A stretch of 64,000 nucleotides of DNA from Lama glama. Its lineage: Eukaryota. Location: the NCBI GenBank assembly GCA_028534125.1, contig CM052818.1:25298001-25362000 (forward strand). The letters are read 5' to 3'. Below, one piece after another: positions 38,858 to 53,230 of the stretch. Under the pieces are notes generated by a model. It was not told the origin of the DNA, made no database searches, and saw only the letters and a program-made list of their open reading frames with translations. Position 1 is the stretch's first letter. Every line of letters starts with the position of its first letter. A program made the position numbers and the translations under genes.

Positions 38858-40179
38858 TATTCCTTTCCCAAGTATCTCTCTCATGGTCCATGAATTCTCA
38901 AGAATGTTCTGAGTTTTAGAAAAAACACTTCCCTACACAGTCATTTTACTCTGTGGCATTCTATTCAGTGGGGTTTTAATTTGGAGAAAAACAAATTTAG
39001 TCAGAAAAGTATTCTGTTTGGCTTTCTCCTGAGAAAGGCCCAAAGGATGGATTAAATCATCGATGCAAACTAAAATGTAAATCCCAGCCAAACCTTGTGG
39101 GAACCACACCCAACTTCCTGGGTAGTCGGGCAGAGCCTGGGGAAATGGGGCAGCCAGGGCTGCAGGGTGGGAGGGAAAGAGACGGGGAGGGAGCACTGCA
39201 TTGGTTGAATCCCTTCTCCACTCCATACCCTATTTTAGGAGCTTTACTGTAATTGTGTCATTTCAAGACTATAAACAAGAGTACAGAAAAGGGATTCGAA
39301 TAGAGGTGAAAAAAATTTCCTTGCCTATCTTTACCCACCAAATACAGAGTCATATCTAAGCAGAAGCCGACAATGACAGATTCCAGGAAGGACTGGGTGG
39401 AGGTGATTGCCAAGAACAGTCACCTCCTGGGAACTCTAGCACCTCCTCACTGTGTCCCCGTCCCCACCCCGCAAACAGGTGGCTAGGCTTTTGTAAGGCT
39501 TGTCTAAACAGCCAGTAAAAGAAAGTATGTATTTAATTTTGGAGAAAAGGCCTGCTGTTTTATATGATTATTTTTAATTAGCTATTTTCTGGAGGATGAT
39601 TAAATTTGGAAATAATTGCATCTTGGGAACTATTTAAGAACCTCAGATTATAAACCCAGAGCTGCCTCAGGAATTTGGGGATGAGTTATCACCCTGTGAC
39701 CCACTGCCAGGCCTGAAAACAAGCATCTTTTGTCTACAAAAGAGATCGTGGTCATGCAAATTTTTCTAGTTCTCTGCGTGGAAAGAGAATCCCATCTGGC
39801 CGACTTCTCTTTTTTCTCTCTTTTCTTATATGAAATATGCAAAACACAGATGCCCGAGCCACCAGAGCGGTAGATTATGTCACCTGTATGTTGCAGATAA
39901 AATTGAAACGTGACTAGAAGTTAAAACTTGCCCTTGGGAGAAGCATGTAAAACAGATTTTATTTGCATAGTGATAGAATTTTTTTAAATAAGTCCTGGAT
40001 GGAAAGTCAAACAATTATGGGGAAGAAAAGAAAATTGCCAGTCTGAAAAATTCAGTCATAAATAAATTACAAGAGAAGTAGTTTGAGCATCCCGAATATT
40101 TAAAACTGGGATGTGAACTCATAAATTTTAAAAAGTTGAGATTTTTTTTATATTGTTACGATTATATGTCTAATCCAAT

Positions 40180-40700
40180 TTACAAAGCACTTTCACACCC
40201 AGTATACTATCTAATACTCATGCCTATGAGGTAGGCAGAGATGTCAATATTAGGCTTACTTTATAGATGAAGAAACTGAAGCTCAGAACAGTTTTGCCCA
40301 ATGTCACACCTGAATTTTAGTTGGAATCCACAAACAGGTCTTGACATTCAAAATTCCTGGACTCTTGCCACAGTATCCCACTGCTTCTGTTTTCTTCCTG
40401 AAAATATTATGAAACTAAATAATAAGGTAATCATAGAGCAAGCTCTTTAGTTAATTGTATTTACTAGTACAAATTTAGAAAGGCGTCATAGGGCGGTGGT
40501 TAAGAGCTGCTTACCACTGCTGAGCAGTGTGACCTGGGGTAAGATACTAAATCTTTTCTCTGCCTCAGACATCAGCAAGACTAGAATAATAAAAGTACCT
40601 ACCTCATAGGGATTTTGAAAGTAGTAAGTGATTTAATACATATTAAGCACCTGATATAGAGCTTGGCTCACACAGTAATCATTTAATAAGTATAAAATTT
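40180..40700. mobile_element. Two MIR SINEs in opposite orientation
   Basis: tttatagatgaagaaactgaagctcag (about 40260) and gtgtgacctggggtaag...gtacctacctcatagg (about 40530-40610). Confidence 0.65.
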
Positions 40701-41424
40701 TATTGTCTTTGCAAATTAATTTTATGTTTAGGTTACTCTGATTAGCAGAGGTATTTTAAGTAGTTGTATGTGTGTTGTATTACATGGATCCTAAATACTA
40801 CACAAATACTGAAATCAAATACCTCATTTTACTATCTCTAGCATGTTCTTGCCAATTATGAAGAAGTATTTCTTTTATCTGATTAAGGATCAGACCTCAG
40901 AGTCAAATTAATTAACCTTAAGTCATTACAAAAGACTGCAGTTTACACCTCCTCTGAGTCATCCTAGTCCAAGAATCATGGAGACTTCAATATAATTTTT
41001 TTTCAATATAATTTTGAACAGCCTTTTGACCTTTCCAAAATAATGGCCAAACTCACTTACCTTGCTCAAATATAATTATTGTGTATAATATTATGAAGAT
41101 ATCAGTTCCCTTCGGGTAAGTGTTAATAGCACACTTCAGTATAAAAACAGGCAAACACACAGTTAGGAACCACTGATCTTGTGTCAAACAGCAAGGATAT
41201 TCTCAAGTCCTGAAGTCAGGTGGCAAGAACACAGGAATGTCTTAAAGGGGATTATATCAGGGAAATGAGGGCTATTTGGACATCAAAAAGAATGGTGACT
41301 GTAACTGATTTGAGCACGCTGAATTTCCAAAGTCTGTGAATCCATAGTGTTGAGGGTAGGGAGAGAAAAGAGAGAAATGTAGGGCAAAGCAAAGGAAGGT
41401 TTTCTTTATAGAAACCAGAATGCC

Positions 41425-42545
41425 AGCCAAACAATCAACAAAGTGAAAAGGCAACCTAAGGAATGGGAGAAAGTATTTGTAGACCATATATCAGATAAGG
41501 GGTTAATGTCCAAAATATATGAAGAACTCACACATCTCAGTAACAACAACAACAAAAATCCCATGTAAATTGGCAAAGAAACTGAATAGACATTTTCCCA
41601 AAGAAGACATACAAATGGCCAACAGGTACAAGAAAAGATGCTCAACATCACTAATCATCAGGGAAATGCAATTCAAATCCACAATGAGCTGTCAGCTCAC
41701 ACCTGTTAGAATGGCTATTATCAAAAAGACAAGAGGTAAGTGTTGGCAAGGATGTGTAGAAAAGGAAAACTTTCTGCATTGTTGGTGGACATGTAAATTG
41801 GTGCAGCCACTAGAGCAAATAGCAGGAAGGTTCTTCAAAAAATTAAAAATAGAACTACTGTATATTCCAGTAATTCCACTTCTGAGTACATATCCAAAGG
41901 AAATGAGAAGAGGATATCGAAAAGATATCTGCACTCCCATGTTTATTGCATCATTATTTACAATAGCCAGGGTATGAAACAATCTAAGTGTCAGTGGATG
42001 AATGGCTAAAGAAGAATGTGGTCTATACATACAATGAAATATTGCTCAGCCATGAGAAAGAAGGAAATCCTGCCATTTGTGACAACATTGGAGAGAACTT
42101 GAGGGCATCATGCTAAGTGACGTAAGTCAGAGAAAGACAAATACTGTATGATTTCACTTACATGTAGAATCTAAAAAAGCTAAACTCAAAATGCAGAGTA
42201 GAATGGTGGATATCAGGGGCCGGGGGTAGGGGAGTTTGGGAGATGTTGGTCAAAGGGTACAAACTTGCAGTTAGAAGATGAGTAAGTTCTGGAGATCTGA
42301 TGTATAGCATTGTGATTATGGTCAACAATATTGTATTCATTACTTCAAAGTTGCTAAGAGGCTGGATCTTAAATGTTCTCACCACAAACAAGAAATAATT
42401 AGGTGATGTGATGGCGATGTTAGCTAACACTATATTGCAATACATAAATGTATCTAATCATATTGCAATATCAATGTATCAATCATCATGTTGTACACTG
42501 TCCACTTACAATGTTATTTGTCAGTTCTCTATCAATTTTTTAAGA
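41425..42545 (+). mobile_element. L1MA-like fragment: ORF2 C-terminus plus 3' UTR
   Basis: ORF 41519-41977 contains [15 protein letters not shown]...SLIIREMQ...[10 protein letters not shown]...CWQGC...HCWW.CKLVQPL, the L1 ORF2 cysteine-rich domain. Confidence 0.92.
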
Positions 42546-42654
42546 AGAGGAATGCCTCTTAATTAATGCCAGTTTATTTGTGTTCAATGGATGATGGAAA
42601 GTTACCATTTTGCAACCCCAGTGTTATAATTAATCCAAGCAGAGGTTATCTAAA

Positions 42655-42825
42655 TCAGTTCTCAAATGTCAGTATACATCAGAATCACCGAGAGGCTTGT
42701 TAAAACACAGATTACTGGATGCCACCCCTACAATTTAGCAGGTCTGGGATGGGGCCCAAGAATTTGCTTTTCTATTGGGCTTTCATGTGATACTGGTTCC
42801 AGAATCATACTTTGAGAACCACTGA
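42655..42825. mobile_element. MER5A
   Basis: catcagaatcacc..gaggcttgttaaaacacagatt...ggggcccaagaatttgc...ctttgagaaccactg. Confidence 0.8.
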
Positions 42826-45446
42826 TGTAAACAATCAGGTGATTGATTGTTGAGGAGCAGGTTATTCACACAAACAAGGGTTATTTAAAATGAACACTTA
42901 AAAGGAAGAAAAGAAAGTGAATCAGAGTAGTAGAAATTACCAACACCCTTTTCTGACTAAATTCAGATACTGTACATGTTGTCACTCGGTGCTGGAGTCT
43001 CGGGATCTGGAGACAGCAGACCTTCCTGGAAATGCCAGGAAGATCACATCTAAACTTCAAGCTCCCTTGAGGACCAAGAATGCTACCTCTACCTCTATTT
43101 CTACTATTAACAGACTTGTTTTACCTTGGGCAAGTACTTGACTTTTCTTTAGGCTCTATCTTCTTTAGTCATAAAATTAAGATCTTGAACTTTTTTCCAT
43201 GGGCCTTAGTGTCAGAGTGTCACAAAGCCTGAAGAAATTAGACTGGAAGAAGTAAATGACTGCATCCTGTAGCTCTGAAATCAGATAATAGCAATACAGA
43301 GACAGACACCATCTCTAGTGAAAATTATTTTTGTAACATTGCATCAGGGATTTCTTTTCCTAAGAAAGATGCTTATCTTAGCATCTTAGCAATATAGATT
43401 TTAAAAGAATGTGAAAAAGAAATGTTGTAAGACAAGTTTAAAAAAAAATCAATGTTGCTGCAGCCACTCTGCATTACATAGGGGTCTAGGAATCACTTTA
43501 CACTGCGGAGGTGAATAAACAAATAAATAAATAACCAATGTCTTGCTAGATTTAAAACCATAAACCACTCTTGTAAAATTTTGTGTGATAATGAGGTAGA
43601 TTAAGGGAGACCTCATCAGAAAATATATTTCTTTGCTACTGACTATCTATAAAAAGCAGCTAGTTTATAATCAATGCAGTTTAGACAGGTCCCAGGTTTA
43701 TCTCCTTTACAGACCCTCCATTCTGAGGAATAAATGGCACTGGAGCTACAATGGGCATAATTTGAAGGATCCTCAAAGACCATCTCTTTAGCTCCAAGCT
43801 TTTCATGTGAATTTCATCCATAAAGATCCTCTTAGCCAGGAAAGGGCAAGTCACCTTGATGGGTGAGCTATGGGGGAAGGGTGGTTTCCCAAAGGAAAAC
43901 TCTCACTGGAAGAAGGTTGGAAGGAGACTGGACAGGCAAAAGGGAGATTCCATGTTAGGCTTCAGTTCAGTGAAATTAGAATCTCTGAGGAAACAGGAGT
44001 TGGGAGTTGGGCTGCAAGGGGCTTGGGGAGTGAGACTTGGGGAAGGACTAGGGAGATGATCCACTGAGGCAGCCTGGGTGGAGGGAGGCGCTGGGCAGTT
44101 GGAAGGTGGAGCCTCTCTGTCAGGTGGGAAAGAAGAGGATGACCCGGAGAAACCGGGCTTGCTGTCATAGTTCCTTATGTTGCAAATGGATTATAAACCA
44201 AGCTGATAAGGTCGAAATTATGCAGTTCTGGGAAACATTTGCATGAATTTTTATCACATGCTTCAATCAGTGCTGCCTCCAGCTCGCACAAACTTTACAC
44301 TCTTTTACCCCAGCAAGATACCCTTTTGTCACCCTCTGTCATGGCAGTGGGTTGTAGAGCTAGGGAGGGAGGGCAAAGCAAAGCCCTCAAGTGTAGATCC
44401 ACCCTTCTTAGTCTGCAGTATCCAGCTTCTTAGCGATCCTCTCCAAGGGTCCTCGGAATTCCCAAATTCTAGCTGGACGGCTGCCTTTAGGACAAAAGCC
44501 CAGGTCAGAAGTGCCAGATTGAGAGCCCAGGGGGAAAAGGGTGTCCGGTCTTTGGCTCACCTGCATTCCATGATAATTATATTACAACAGAAACACGTAA
44601 AGGCATTCCAAAGTGCATTGAGGCATACGTATTTGTTTCTTTGACCTTAAGAAAATGTCCTAATATTTCAAAGTTGAAATGATTTGTAAAATTCTAGAAA
44701 ATGTCCCTTCCCCCTTTCTGATGGTATTCTCTCAAGCTAGATTGACTTAGCACAGGTTTGTAAGACTCAATGCTGGTCTCATTTTTCAGAGCACATAAGC
44801 TGCCCAAATAGAGAGTGATACCTGCATAGGTCACACACCCAGAGCCATGATTTTGGTTTTATGAACTTAGATCAAGGATCCATTTTTCAAGGTCTGAGTT
44901 TTAAAGGTAGGAGTTGAATAGTGACTAATGGCCCTATTTACCTCCTAAAAACAAAATGCTGAAGAACAAGAATGGGGTTGAGCAAGGGGACCACTTCAAG
45001 GCAGAGCCTGCTGACAGCACTAGCTGGACCCAAGAACAGCCTTATAAACTGGTGTCCTTTGAAAGATTAAAGAATAAAGCTGTTGGAACGTTCCTCTCTT
45101 GAACAGTCTCATTTTTCAAAAAGATAAATCTGAAACAGCAGCGTACACACAGTCCTTGGCAGGAGGGAACTGGGGTGGATGAAACAAGTGCTGGCCTTGG
45201 AGTTGGCCCACTTCTCTGCCCTGGGTGAGATAGGGCAGCCTGCTCAAACTGGCTGAGCCTCAGTTTTCTCCTCAGAAAAGTGGGAATACTAACACCTGCT
45301 TCATACACCAAAATATAAGGTAACTGGGACGTTGGAAATGCTCAAAAAAATGTTAGTTTCTTTTGACCATAGCCAAACCAGTTCTTCGAGAGCAGAAGCT
45401 CAGGGTAATAGAGCACGATCTGTGTGTTAAAAATGAAGGAAAAGAT

Positions 45447-45737
45447 GATACAAATGAACTCATTTACCGAACAGAAACAGGCTTACAGAGGCACAAAACA
45501 AACTTATATTTACCAAAGGGGAAAGGGGAGGGAAGGGATAAATTGGGAGTTTAGGATCAGCAGATACAAACTACCATATTTAAAATAGATAAACGACAAG
45601 GTCCTACTGTATAGCACAGGGAACTATATTCAATATTTTGTAATAACCTATAATGAAAAAGAATATATAATTGAATCACTAAGCTGTACACCAGAAACTG
45701 ACACAACAGTGTAAATCAACTATACTTCAATTTTTTA
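45447..45737 (+). mobile_element. Cetartiodactyl L1 3' end with near-TSD
   Basis: gatacaaatgaact...tatagcacagggaactatattc...aatcaactatacttcaa, flanked by aaaaatgaagGaaaagat / aaaaatgaagAaaaaagat. Confidence 0.85.
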
Positions 45738-46484
45738 AAAAATGAAGAAAAAAGATATGGCAAAATGAGGGAACACCAGGTTGATGGTTTTGATTTTCTT
45801 AATGAAATAAAAGTCAAAATTAAGAGCAAAAGGGAGGTGGAAATGGGTAGGAGAACTAAACTGTAAGAAAAGAGGGAAAGGTGTCAGTTAGGTGTTGTGA
45901 AGATTGATAGAGTTTACAAGAGACTCAGCAGACTTCTTGGCGATAGTGAGTGACCTTTAGAGGCTTGCGATGGTGAAACGAAGGTGACACCGGCTGTGCA
46001 GTTGTGTGGTTCTCTAGCACAGCTCAAGTGCGATGTGCAGGCACAGAACTAGTGGCTGGTTGGAGTTATCTGAGGCTGGACTTATTGCAAGGCAAGAGTG
46101 GTAAAGGGAGAGAGGCAAGGCAATGCAAAGTATTTTCAAGGGAGTGATCATAGTGATAATCATGGAGTTTAAGCTAAATAAGGGAAGAAGACAAGACAGA
46201 AGGAGACTTCCCTGAAAACGCAAGGGAGCAGTATAAATGTTTACTCCACTTCTGGTATGAATTATGTTACCTTTCTCCTTAGGTGGCAAAAGCAGTTAAG
46301 GCCAATTTTGTTTTAAAATAATAATTATTTATCTCCCTTCCATTAGCAAACTAAACCCAGAAGTTTATTAACAGAATAATACAGCATGAGCAAAAACAGT
46401 TTATTCTAGGAATTCACGAGTGCTTAAATATTATTACATCAACAAATGAAAGAAGACTAACCAGACCATCCTATCATTAGATAT

Positions 46485-47024
46485 GGTATCAGTTATCTAC
46501 TGCTGTGTAAGAAGCCACCCCAAAACTTCATGACATAAAATTGTCTTGCTACACTCATAGATTCTGAGGGTCAGTAATCAGGACAGAGCCCAGCAGGGGC
46601 AGTTTATCTCTGCTCCACAATGTCCAGAGCCTGGCTGGGGAGACTCCAAGGCTGGGGTGACTTGATGACTGAGGGACAGAATCATCTGGAAGTGTCCTCA
46701 CTCGTTGGGCACTTGATGCTGGCTATTGGCTGGGACCTCAGCTGGCTGTCAGCTGGAAAACTTACACGTGCTTCGCCAGGTACTTTCTCACAGCATGACT
46801 GATGGGTTCCGAAAGTGAGCATTCTAAGAGAAGGCAGAAATATGGTATTTTTATGATCCAGTCTCAAAAGTAACATAGTGTCACTTCTGCCATACTCTAT
46901 TTGTCCAGGCACTCACAAAGATTTTTCCAGGTTCAAGGTGAGATGATATAAACCCCACAACTCAATGGAAAAAGTGCCAAGGATGTGGGATGGGAGATAA
47001 TCTTTTAAAACATAATCTGCTACA
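46485..47024 (-). mobile_element. MLT1 (MaLR) solo LTR
   Basis: tcagttatctactgctgtgtaa..ccaccccaaaact...gtcacttctgccatactctatt...aatctgctaca. Confidence 0.8.
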
Positions 47025-47099
47025 GATATTGAAAAATTATTTGATCAAAGGCAGCCATTCCTTGCCTTTTTAAAGCTCTTAAATCAAAGAGAATAGAAG

Positions 47100-47630
47100 G
47101 ATGGGTATATATCCAAAATAATTGAAAAAATAGTCTTAAAGAGATATTTGCACATCTGTGTTCATAGTAGCACAATGGCCAAGAGGTGGGAGGAACCCAA
47201 GTGTCCACTGCCTGGAGAACAAATAAACAAAATGCAGTGTATACATACAATGGAATACCATTCAGCTTAAAAAAAAAAAAGGAAGGGAATTCTGACACAT
47301 GCTACAACATGGATGAACTTTGAACTCATTATGCTAAGTGAAATAAGTCAGCACAAAAAGACAAATACTGTATGATTCTACTTATATAAGGTAACTAGAG
47401 GGGTGAAATTCATAGAAATAAAAAGTAGAATGATGGTTGCCAGGGGCTGGGGGAAAGGGAAATGGGGAGTAATTACTGAATGGGTACAGAGTCTCAGTTT
47501 GGCAAGATGAAAGGAGTTTTGGAGACTAATTGCACAATAATGTGAATGTACTTAACACTACTGACCTATGCACTTAAAAATGGTAAACGGTCAGTTTTAT
47601 GTATAGGTATTGTATCACAATTGAAAAAAA
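47100..47630 (+). mobile_element. L1MB-like 3' end
   Basis: gagatatttgcaca...aacccaagtgtcc...ctacaacatggatgaac...gcacttaaaaatggt. Confidence 0.85.
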
Positions 47631-47664
47631 GAAATAGAAGGAAACTTTCTAGCTCTGCTAAAGA

Positions 47665-48130
47665 ATATGGTGGCAGATACTGCATGTTGATAGGCTCTAG
47701 AATAAATGCACAGATGGAAGCGGAACAAACGATTTCCCAGGCTCTCTTGTGGCTGGGGCTCAAATGGGATTTGGGTCCTCCCATCAAACAGAAGCACTCA
47801 GGGGAGGCTTTGCTTTGGACCTGTGTCCCCCGTGGAGAGAGGCAGTGTGCAGAGTATTTGCTTTGTTGGTGCAGGCTGTGGCAGAGGTGGCAAGGTTCTG
47901 GAGCCAGTCCCTGGAGCAGTGGCTTATTTGTTTGGCAGATGACTTCTGGATTCAGCAGCTTTTCAACATCAGATGGTGGCAGCATTTCTAATTTTGGTCA
48001 AGGCAGAGTGGTTATGGGGTCCAGGAGTTTCCCGGGTCCCGCTCCTCCCACCTTTATGCAAAGCCTGGAGGCAAAATCATCACAGTTTTACATATAAACT
48101 GAGTGTAAACAGAGAGAACCAAAGACACGG
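47665..48130. mobile_element. Ancient ERVL LTR (LTR33-like)
   Basis: atttcccaggctctcttgtggctgggg...cctcccatcaaa resembles the LTR33 head. Confidence 0.4.
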
Positions 48131-49199
48131 AGTTTTTTAAGGAAAACTATTGGAACTAATGAAAGAGTTAAATAAGGTAGTCAGATTGAAGACAACTATA
48201 TTTTTAAAAAATGAAAACTAATGCTTTCTCTTTAAGCCAACAATAATCAGTTAGGAATGTAATTTTTAAATCCGATTCCAAATGACAATAAAGGTTAACA
48301 AGAAGTAGGAATCAATGTACAAGAAATGTGCTAGACCTACTCAGCACACAAGTTCCATTTCAGCCCTTTTCTTCTTTGTTTCACCTTCAGAATATGTTCC
48401 ACATTCTCCTAACTAAAACCAATAAACGGCTAAAAGGAATATTATAACAAAATACTTCATGAGAACTGCTCCCACTGAAGTCTCTGTCATAAGAAAACCT
48501 GTTTTTGCCTGATCAGCTGAGCACATTAAAATTCAATTCTTCTTTTCTTTGTTATTGTTGTTTTCCATCCCAAGGTTTTGTTGTTTTAACATCCATGTTA
48601 GAGTTAAAAAAACAAAAACACACCATAAATCAAGGCAACTTTTTTTCGTTTTTAGACAAAGGAGGTTAAGAGGAAAACAATTCTGAAGCAGCAATGCTTC
48701 TGCCTCAGGGAGAGAAAGTTTTAATATAATCCGTATGAAACTGTGCTCCTGGCATTCTCTTCATAAATCATGCATGTATGAGAATTTTCAAAGATTTAGG
48801 GAAATGAAGTGTTGCACAAGGGATGAGGAGATATGTTATTTTGTTTTTCTATTTATTTTCTTTCTCTTTCTTTTTTCAGAGAAGTTTCTTGGCCAAAAAA
48901 ATGAAGCGATTGTCTCTGATAGAAGCAGTCAAAGTAGAAGAGATCTGAGAAAGTCTGGATGCTTAGCTATATTTATCATAAGTAAACTCTGTTTAAGGAC
49001 CATAAGCAAAAATTAGGGTAAACTGCAAGCTCTTAGAGATTCAGAGCTATATCAATTTCTATACCTATTATGAGAAAGGAATCAGTTTTGAAAATTATAG
49101 ATGTATTTCTAAAATCAATGAATTTGAACAGCTTCATGTGGATGCATCATGATTAAAGATATCAGTTAATGTCCTATAAAACAATTTCATATACAAATG

Positions 49200-49599
49200 C
49201 ATCATTTGGGTCTGCTGGGAAGCAGAAAGTGAGATGAAGTTAAGAGTGCAAGAGGTTTATTGAGGAATAATATCTGTGAAAGGAAAAGGAGGAAGCACAT
49301 CTGGGCAGAGAAGCCATCAGACCAGAGTGCAGATCAGCCAACAACTCAGCTGTCGCAATGGGGAGTTCCAGAGCAAAGACTGCCCACTAGAGGAGTTCTG
49401 CATTGGCTGGAAGTTGCTAGTCTTTTAAAAGTTTCACTATCTTGCTGAGTCATTGATTGGGGCCACTTCAAGTAGAGTGTGACCTTGGCTCGAAAGCTGA
49501 AAGAGACTGCCAGCTAACTGCACAATCCTTACAGGTGGCAATAAGTCCTTTCTTGAAGGGGCATCTGAACTACACAGCATCTTCATGTTTGCCACAACA
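49200..49599 (-). mobile_element. LTR16-like ERVL LTR
   Basis: ctgggaagcaga...tgcaagaggtttattg...cagagcaaagactgccc..agaggagt...gccacaaca. Confidence 0.6.
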
Positions 49600-50539
49600 A
49601 GTTAGCATCAGTGTTACATACAAAACAAATAATGTGCTGCTTCCTTACAATTTCATATTTTTTTAAAAATGATATGGGTGTGTAACCTATAAATGACATC
49701 AGGTTTTAAGAAATGCCAGCTGACCACTTGGTCTGACTGGCTCTGTCATTTGCTTTATTGAAATACTTGGAAGAAAACAGGCATTTTGTAGGTCATGTGT
49801 GTTTATCTAGTAAAATCTAGAGTAACTCCACTAGTCTGGCAGATCATCTGAGCTCTCAGTGGGGTACAGCCCTGATATACAAAGAACTGACAGCAGATTT
49901 ATTGTGGAATATATTTATCTGTAATTAAGCTACATGATTTACTGAATGAACATGAAATAAGACAATAGTATTTTAAAAATCACTTGTCTTATGTAGTTCA
50001 GAAAGCATTACCACCTCAAGGCATGAGGTATGACTTCAGAGAAACTCAAAACACTGTTTTATAGTCATTATAGATATTAACATAATAGCAATAGTCACTA
50101 TTAGGTAACTAAAATTTTTTTCTTTTGCTTATTATTACTATACCACTCCTAATGAGCACCCTAAAATGCATTAAGAACATTGAATAACTAGCCCTCTAGT
50201 TTGTCAATATTTATCAAAATTATAAATCTACTTTCCCATTGGCCCAACAGTCCTTCTTCAGAGGATTTATCTTCATATATACTTCAACACAGGCAAAATA
50301 ATTTTACTTATTTCACCACCGTTTATAATCACAGGTTAGAAAAAAAACAAAAGTCCCTCAGAAGGAGACTAATAAATTATTGTACATCTGTCTAATAGAA
50401 TTCTATACCATAAAAACATGAGTGTGTTCTCTATGCATGGATTTGGAAAATTTTTTAAGATAAATCATTAAGTGTAGAAAAAAGATGCAAAACAGTGTTT
50501 GCTACAATCAAAGCAGAAATGTAAGTATATATTTTTAGA

Positions 50540-52440
50540 TATAATAAATGAGTTTAGCAATGTTGCAAGATATTAAATATTAAAAAATCAATTGTATTTC
50601 TATATAGCACCAATAAACAATCTCACAATAATATTAAGAATACAGCCATTTACAATAGGATCGAAAAGAATAAGATATTTAGGAATACATTTAACAGAAG
50701 AAATACAAAACTTTTACTGTGAAAACTACAAAACATTATTGAAAAAAATTAAAGAAGACCTATATGAATGGAAAGACAGCTCATGTTCATTCATCAGAGA
50801 AGTCAATATTGTTAAGATGACAATACTCACTAAAATGATCTACAGATTCAATGCAATCCCTATCAAAATCCAACTTTCCTTTTTTGCAAAAATTGACAAG
50901 CTGATCATATAATTCATATAGAATTGTAAGGGACCCAGCCTAAACAATCTTGAAAAAGAAGAACACTTTTAAAAGACACACACTTCCTTACTTCAAAATT
51001 TACTACAAAGTACAGTAATCTAGACAGTGTGGCACTGGCAATAAGGTTAGATAAATAAATTGATGGAATAGAATTCAGAGTCCAAAAACAAGCTCTGACA
51101 TTTATGTCAATTAACTTTCAATAATAACATCAAGACAACTCAGTGGGAAAAGAAATCTACTTTTCAATAAACGGTCCTGGGGCAACTGGATACCCATCTG
51201 TGAAAGAATGAAATTAGATCTCTTCTTCACACCGCACACAAAAGTTTACTCAAAATGAATCATAAACCTAAATGTAAGAGTTGAAGCTATAAAACTCCTA
51301 GGGAATTTTATAAATCTTCATGACTTTGGGTTAGGCAAAGTGTTTTTAGATATTATACCAAAAGCATAAGCAGCGACAACAAAAATCAATAAATTAGACT
51401 TAAGCAAGTCAGAAACTTTTGTTCTTCAAAGGACACATCAAGAAGGTCAAAAGATAACCCACAAAATGAGGGAAAATGTCTGCAAATCATGTATCTGATA
51501 AGGAGTTTGTATCCAGAATATACAGAGAACATTTACAACTCAATAGCAAAAAGACAAATAACCCAATTAAAGACTGAGCAGAGTATCTGAACAGACATTT
51601 CTCCGAAAAAGATATATGAATGGCCAATAAGCACATGAAAAGATACTCAGTATCATTAGTCATCAGGGAAATGCAAATCAAAAGAACAATGACATACAGC
51701 TTCGTATCTACTAGGATGTCTATGATAAGAAAAATAGGCAATAACAAGTGTGGTGAGAATATGGCGAAATTATAACCATACGTCGCTGGTTGAAATGTAA
51801 AATGATGCAACCACTTTGGAAAACAGTCTGGCAGTTCTTCAAAAGGTTAAACAAAGGGTTACCATATGCCCCAGCAATTCCACTCCTAGATACATACCCA
51901 GGACAAATGGAAACACGTGTTTGCATAAAAACTTGCACAAGAATGTTCATAATAGCATTATTCGGTAGAGTTAAAAAGTGAAAGTAACCCAGATGGTCAT
52001 CAACTGATGAATGGATAAACAAAATGTGGTTATTACCGTACAGTGAAATAGTATTTGACAATAAAAGAAATAAAAAATGGATATATGTTGTAAAATCAAG
52101 AAAACTTGAAGACATTTATGCTAAGTGAAAGAAGCCAGTCACAAAAGTCCATATTTCGTATGATTCCGTTTATTTGAACTCTATGGAATAGGCAAATCTA
52201 TGGAGGCTGGAAGTAGCTTATTGGTTGCCTGGAGTTGGGGGAGGTTGTGAAGAAGTGAGGAATGACTGCTAATGGATGTGAAGTTTTTTTGGGGGGGGGG
52301 TTAATAAAAATATTCCAAAATTGATTGTGGTGATGGTTGCACAACTCTGTGAATATACTTTAAAACATCGATTTGAATGCTTTAAATGGTGAATTGTATA
52401 GTATGTGAACTATATCCCAATGAAGCTGTTTTTAAAAACA
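50540..52440 (+). mobile_element. L1MB-like fragment, about 1.9 kb (degenerate ORF2 3' half plus 3' UTR)
   Basis: RIRYLGIHLT...ENYKTLLKKIKEDL..WKD..CS....NIVKM.IL.K.IYRFNAIPIKI (50592-50912) and KMMQPLWKTVWQF (51790-51981). Confidence 0.92.
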
Positions 52441-52449
52441 ATATATATT

Positions 52450-53230
52450 TGTTCAAGTTACTAATTAATTACAAAGGGTGAAAACAACTTTACTTTGGAG
52501 AAACTTGATCGACTCCACCTTAATCAAGTAATCAAAGTTAGCATCACTAATGATGGGACATACTGTCATTGTGCTCCCCGTGATGTGATATACTCAGGAT
52601 ACCATGCTTCAGTACTATTCCTATCCAAAACACAGAAATGTAAATCTTAAGGGAAAACTTCAGACAAACCCATATTGAGGGACAGTATCAGGCAAAATGG
52701 CCTGTCATCTTAAGAAACATCATTACCATGAAAGATGAAGAAAGACTGAGGAACTATTCCAGATTAGAGGAAACTAAAGAGACATGAAAACTAAATGCGG
52801 TATATGATCTGCATTGGATCCTAGACCAGGAAAAGCTATCTCTACAAAGAACATTTTAGGGACAATTGGTGAAAACTGAATAAAGTCTGCAGATCCGATG
52901 ATAATATTGTATCTATGTTAGCTTTCTGAATTTAATAATTTTACAATGGTTACAAATAAAAGTCCTTATTCTTGGGAAATGCACGCTGAGTCCCTTAAAT
53001 GTTTGGGGTAAAGGGAAATGATGTGTGCAAGTTGATCTCAAGTAATTCTGAAGAAATATTATACGTACACTTATGTATGTATGTGTGTATACATGTATAA
53101 AGAGACAAGGATAGAGACAGAGAGACAGAGACTGAGAGGAAATGATACAGTAAATGTTGCAAAATGCTAAAAATTGGTGAATCTGCATGAGAAGTATATT
53201 GTGCTGTTTTTGAAACTTTTCTGTTAAAAT
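52450..53230 (+). mobile_element. L1MC/MD-like 3' UTR fragment
   Basis: ttactttggagaaac...caccttaatcaagtaatcaaagttagcatcac...gactgaggaactattccagatt. Confidence 0.7.

Noticed and set aside
41519..41977. 152-aa ORF as a host gene
   Set aside because: It is a degenerate L1 ORF2 C-terminal fragment of a 5'-truncated element.
47546..48097. 183-aa ORF and overlapping ORFs
   Set aside because: Spans an L1 3' end and an LTR-like relic, with no recognisable domain or exon structure.
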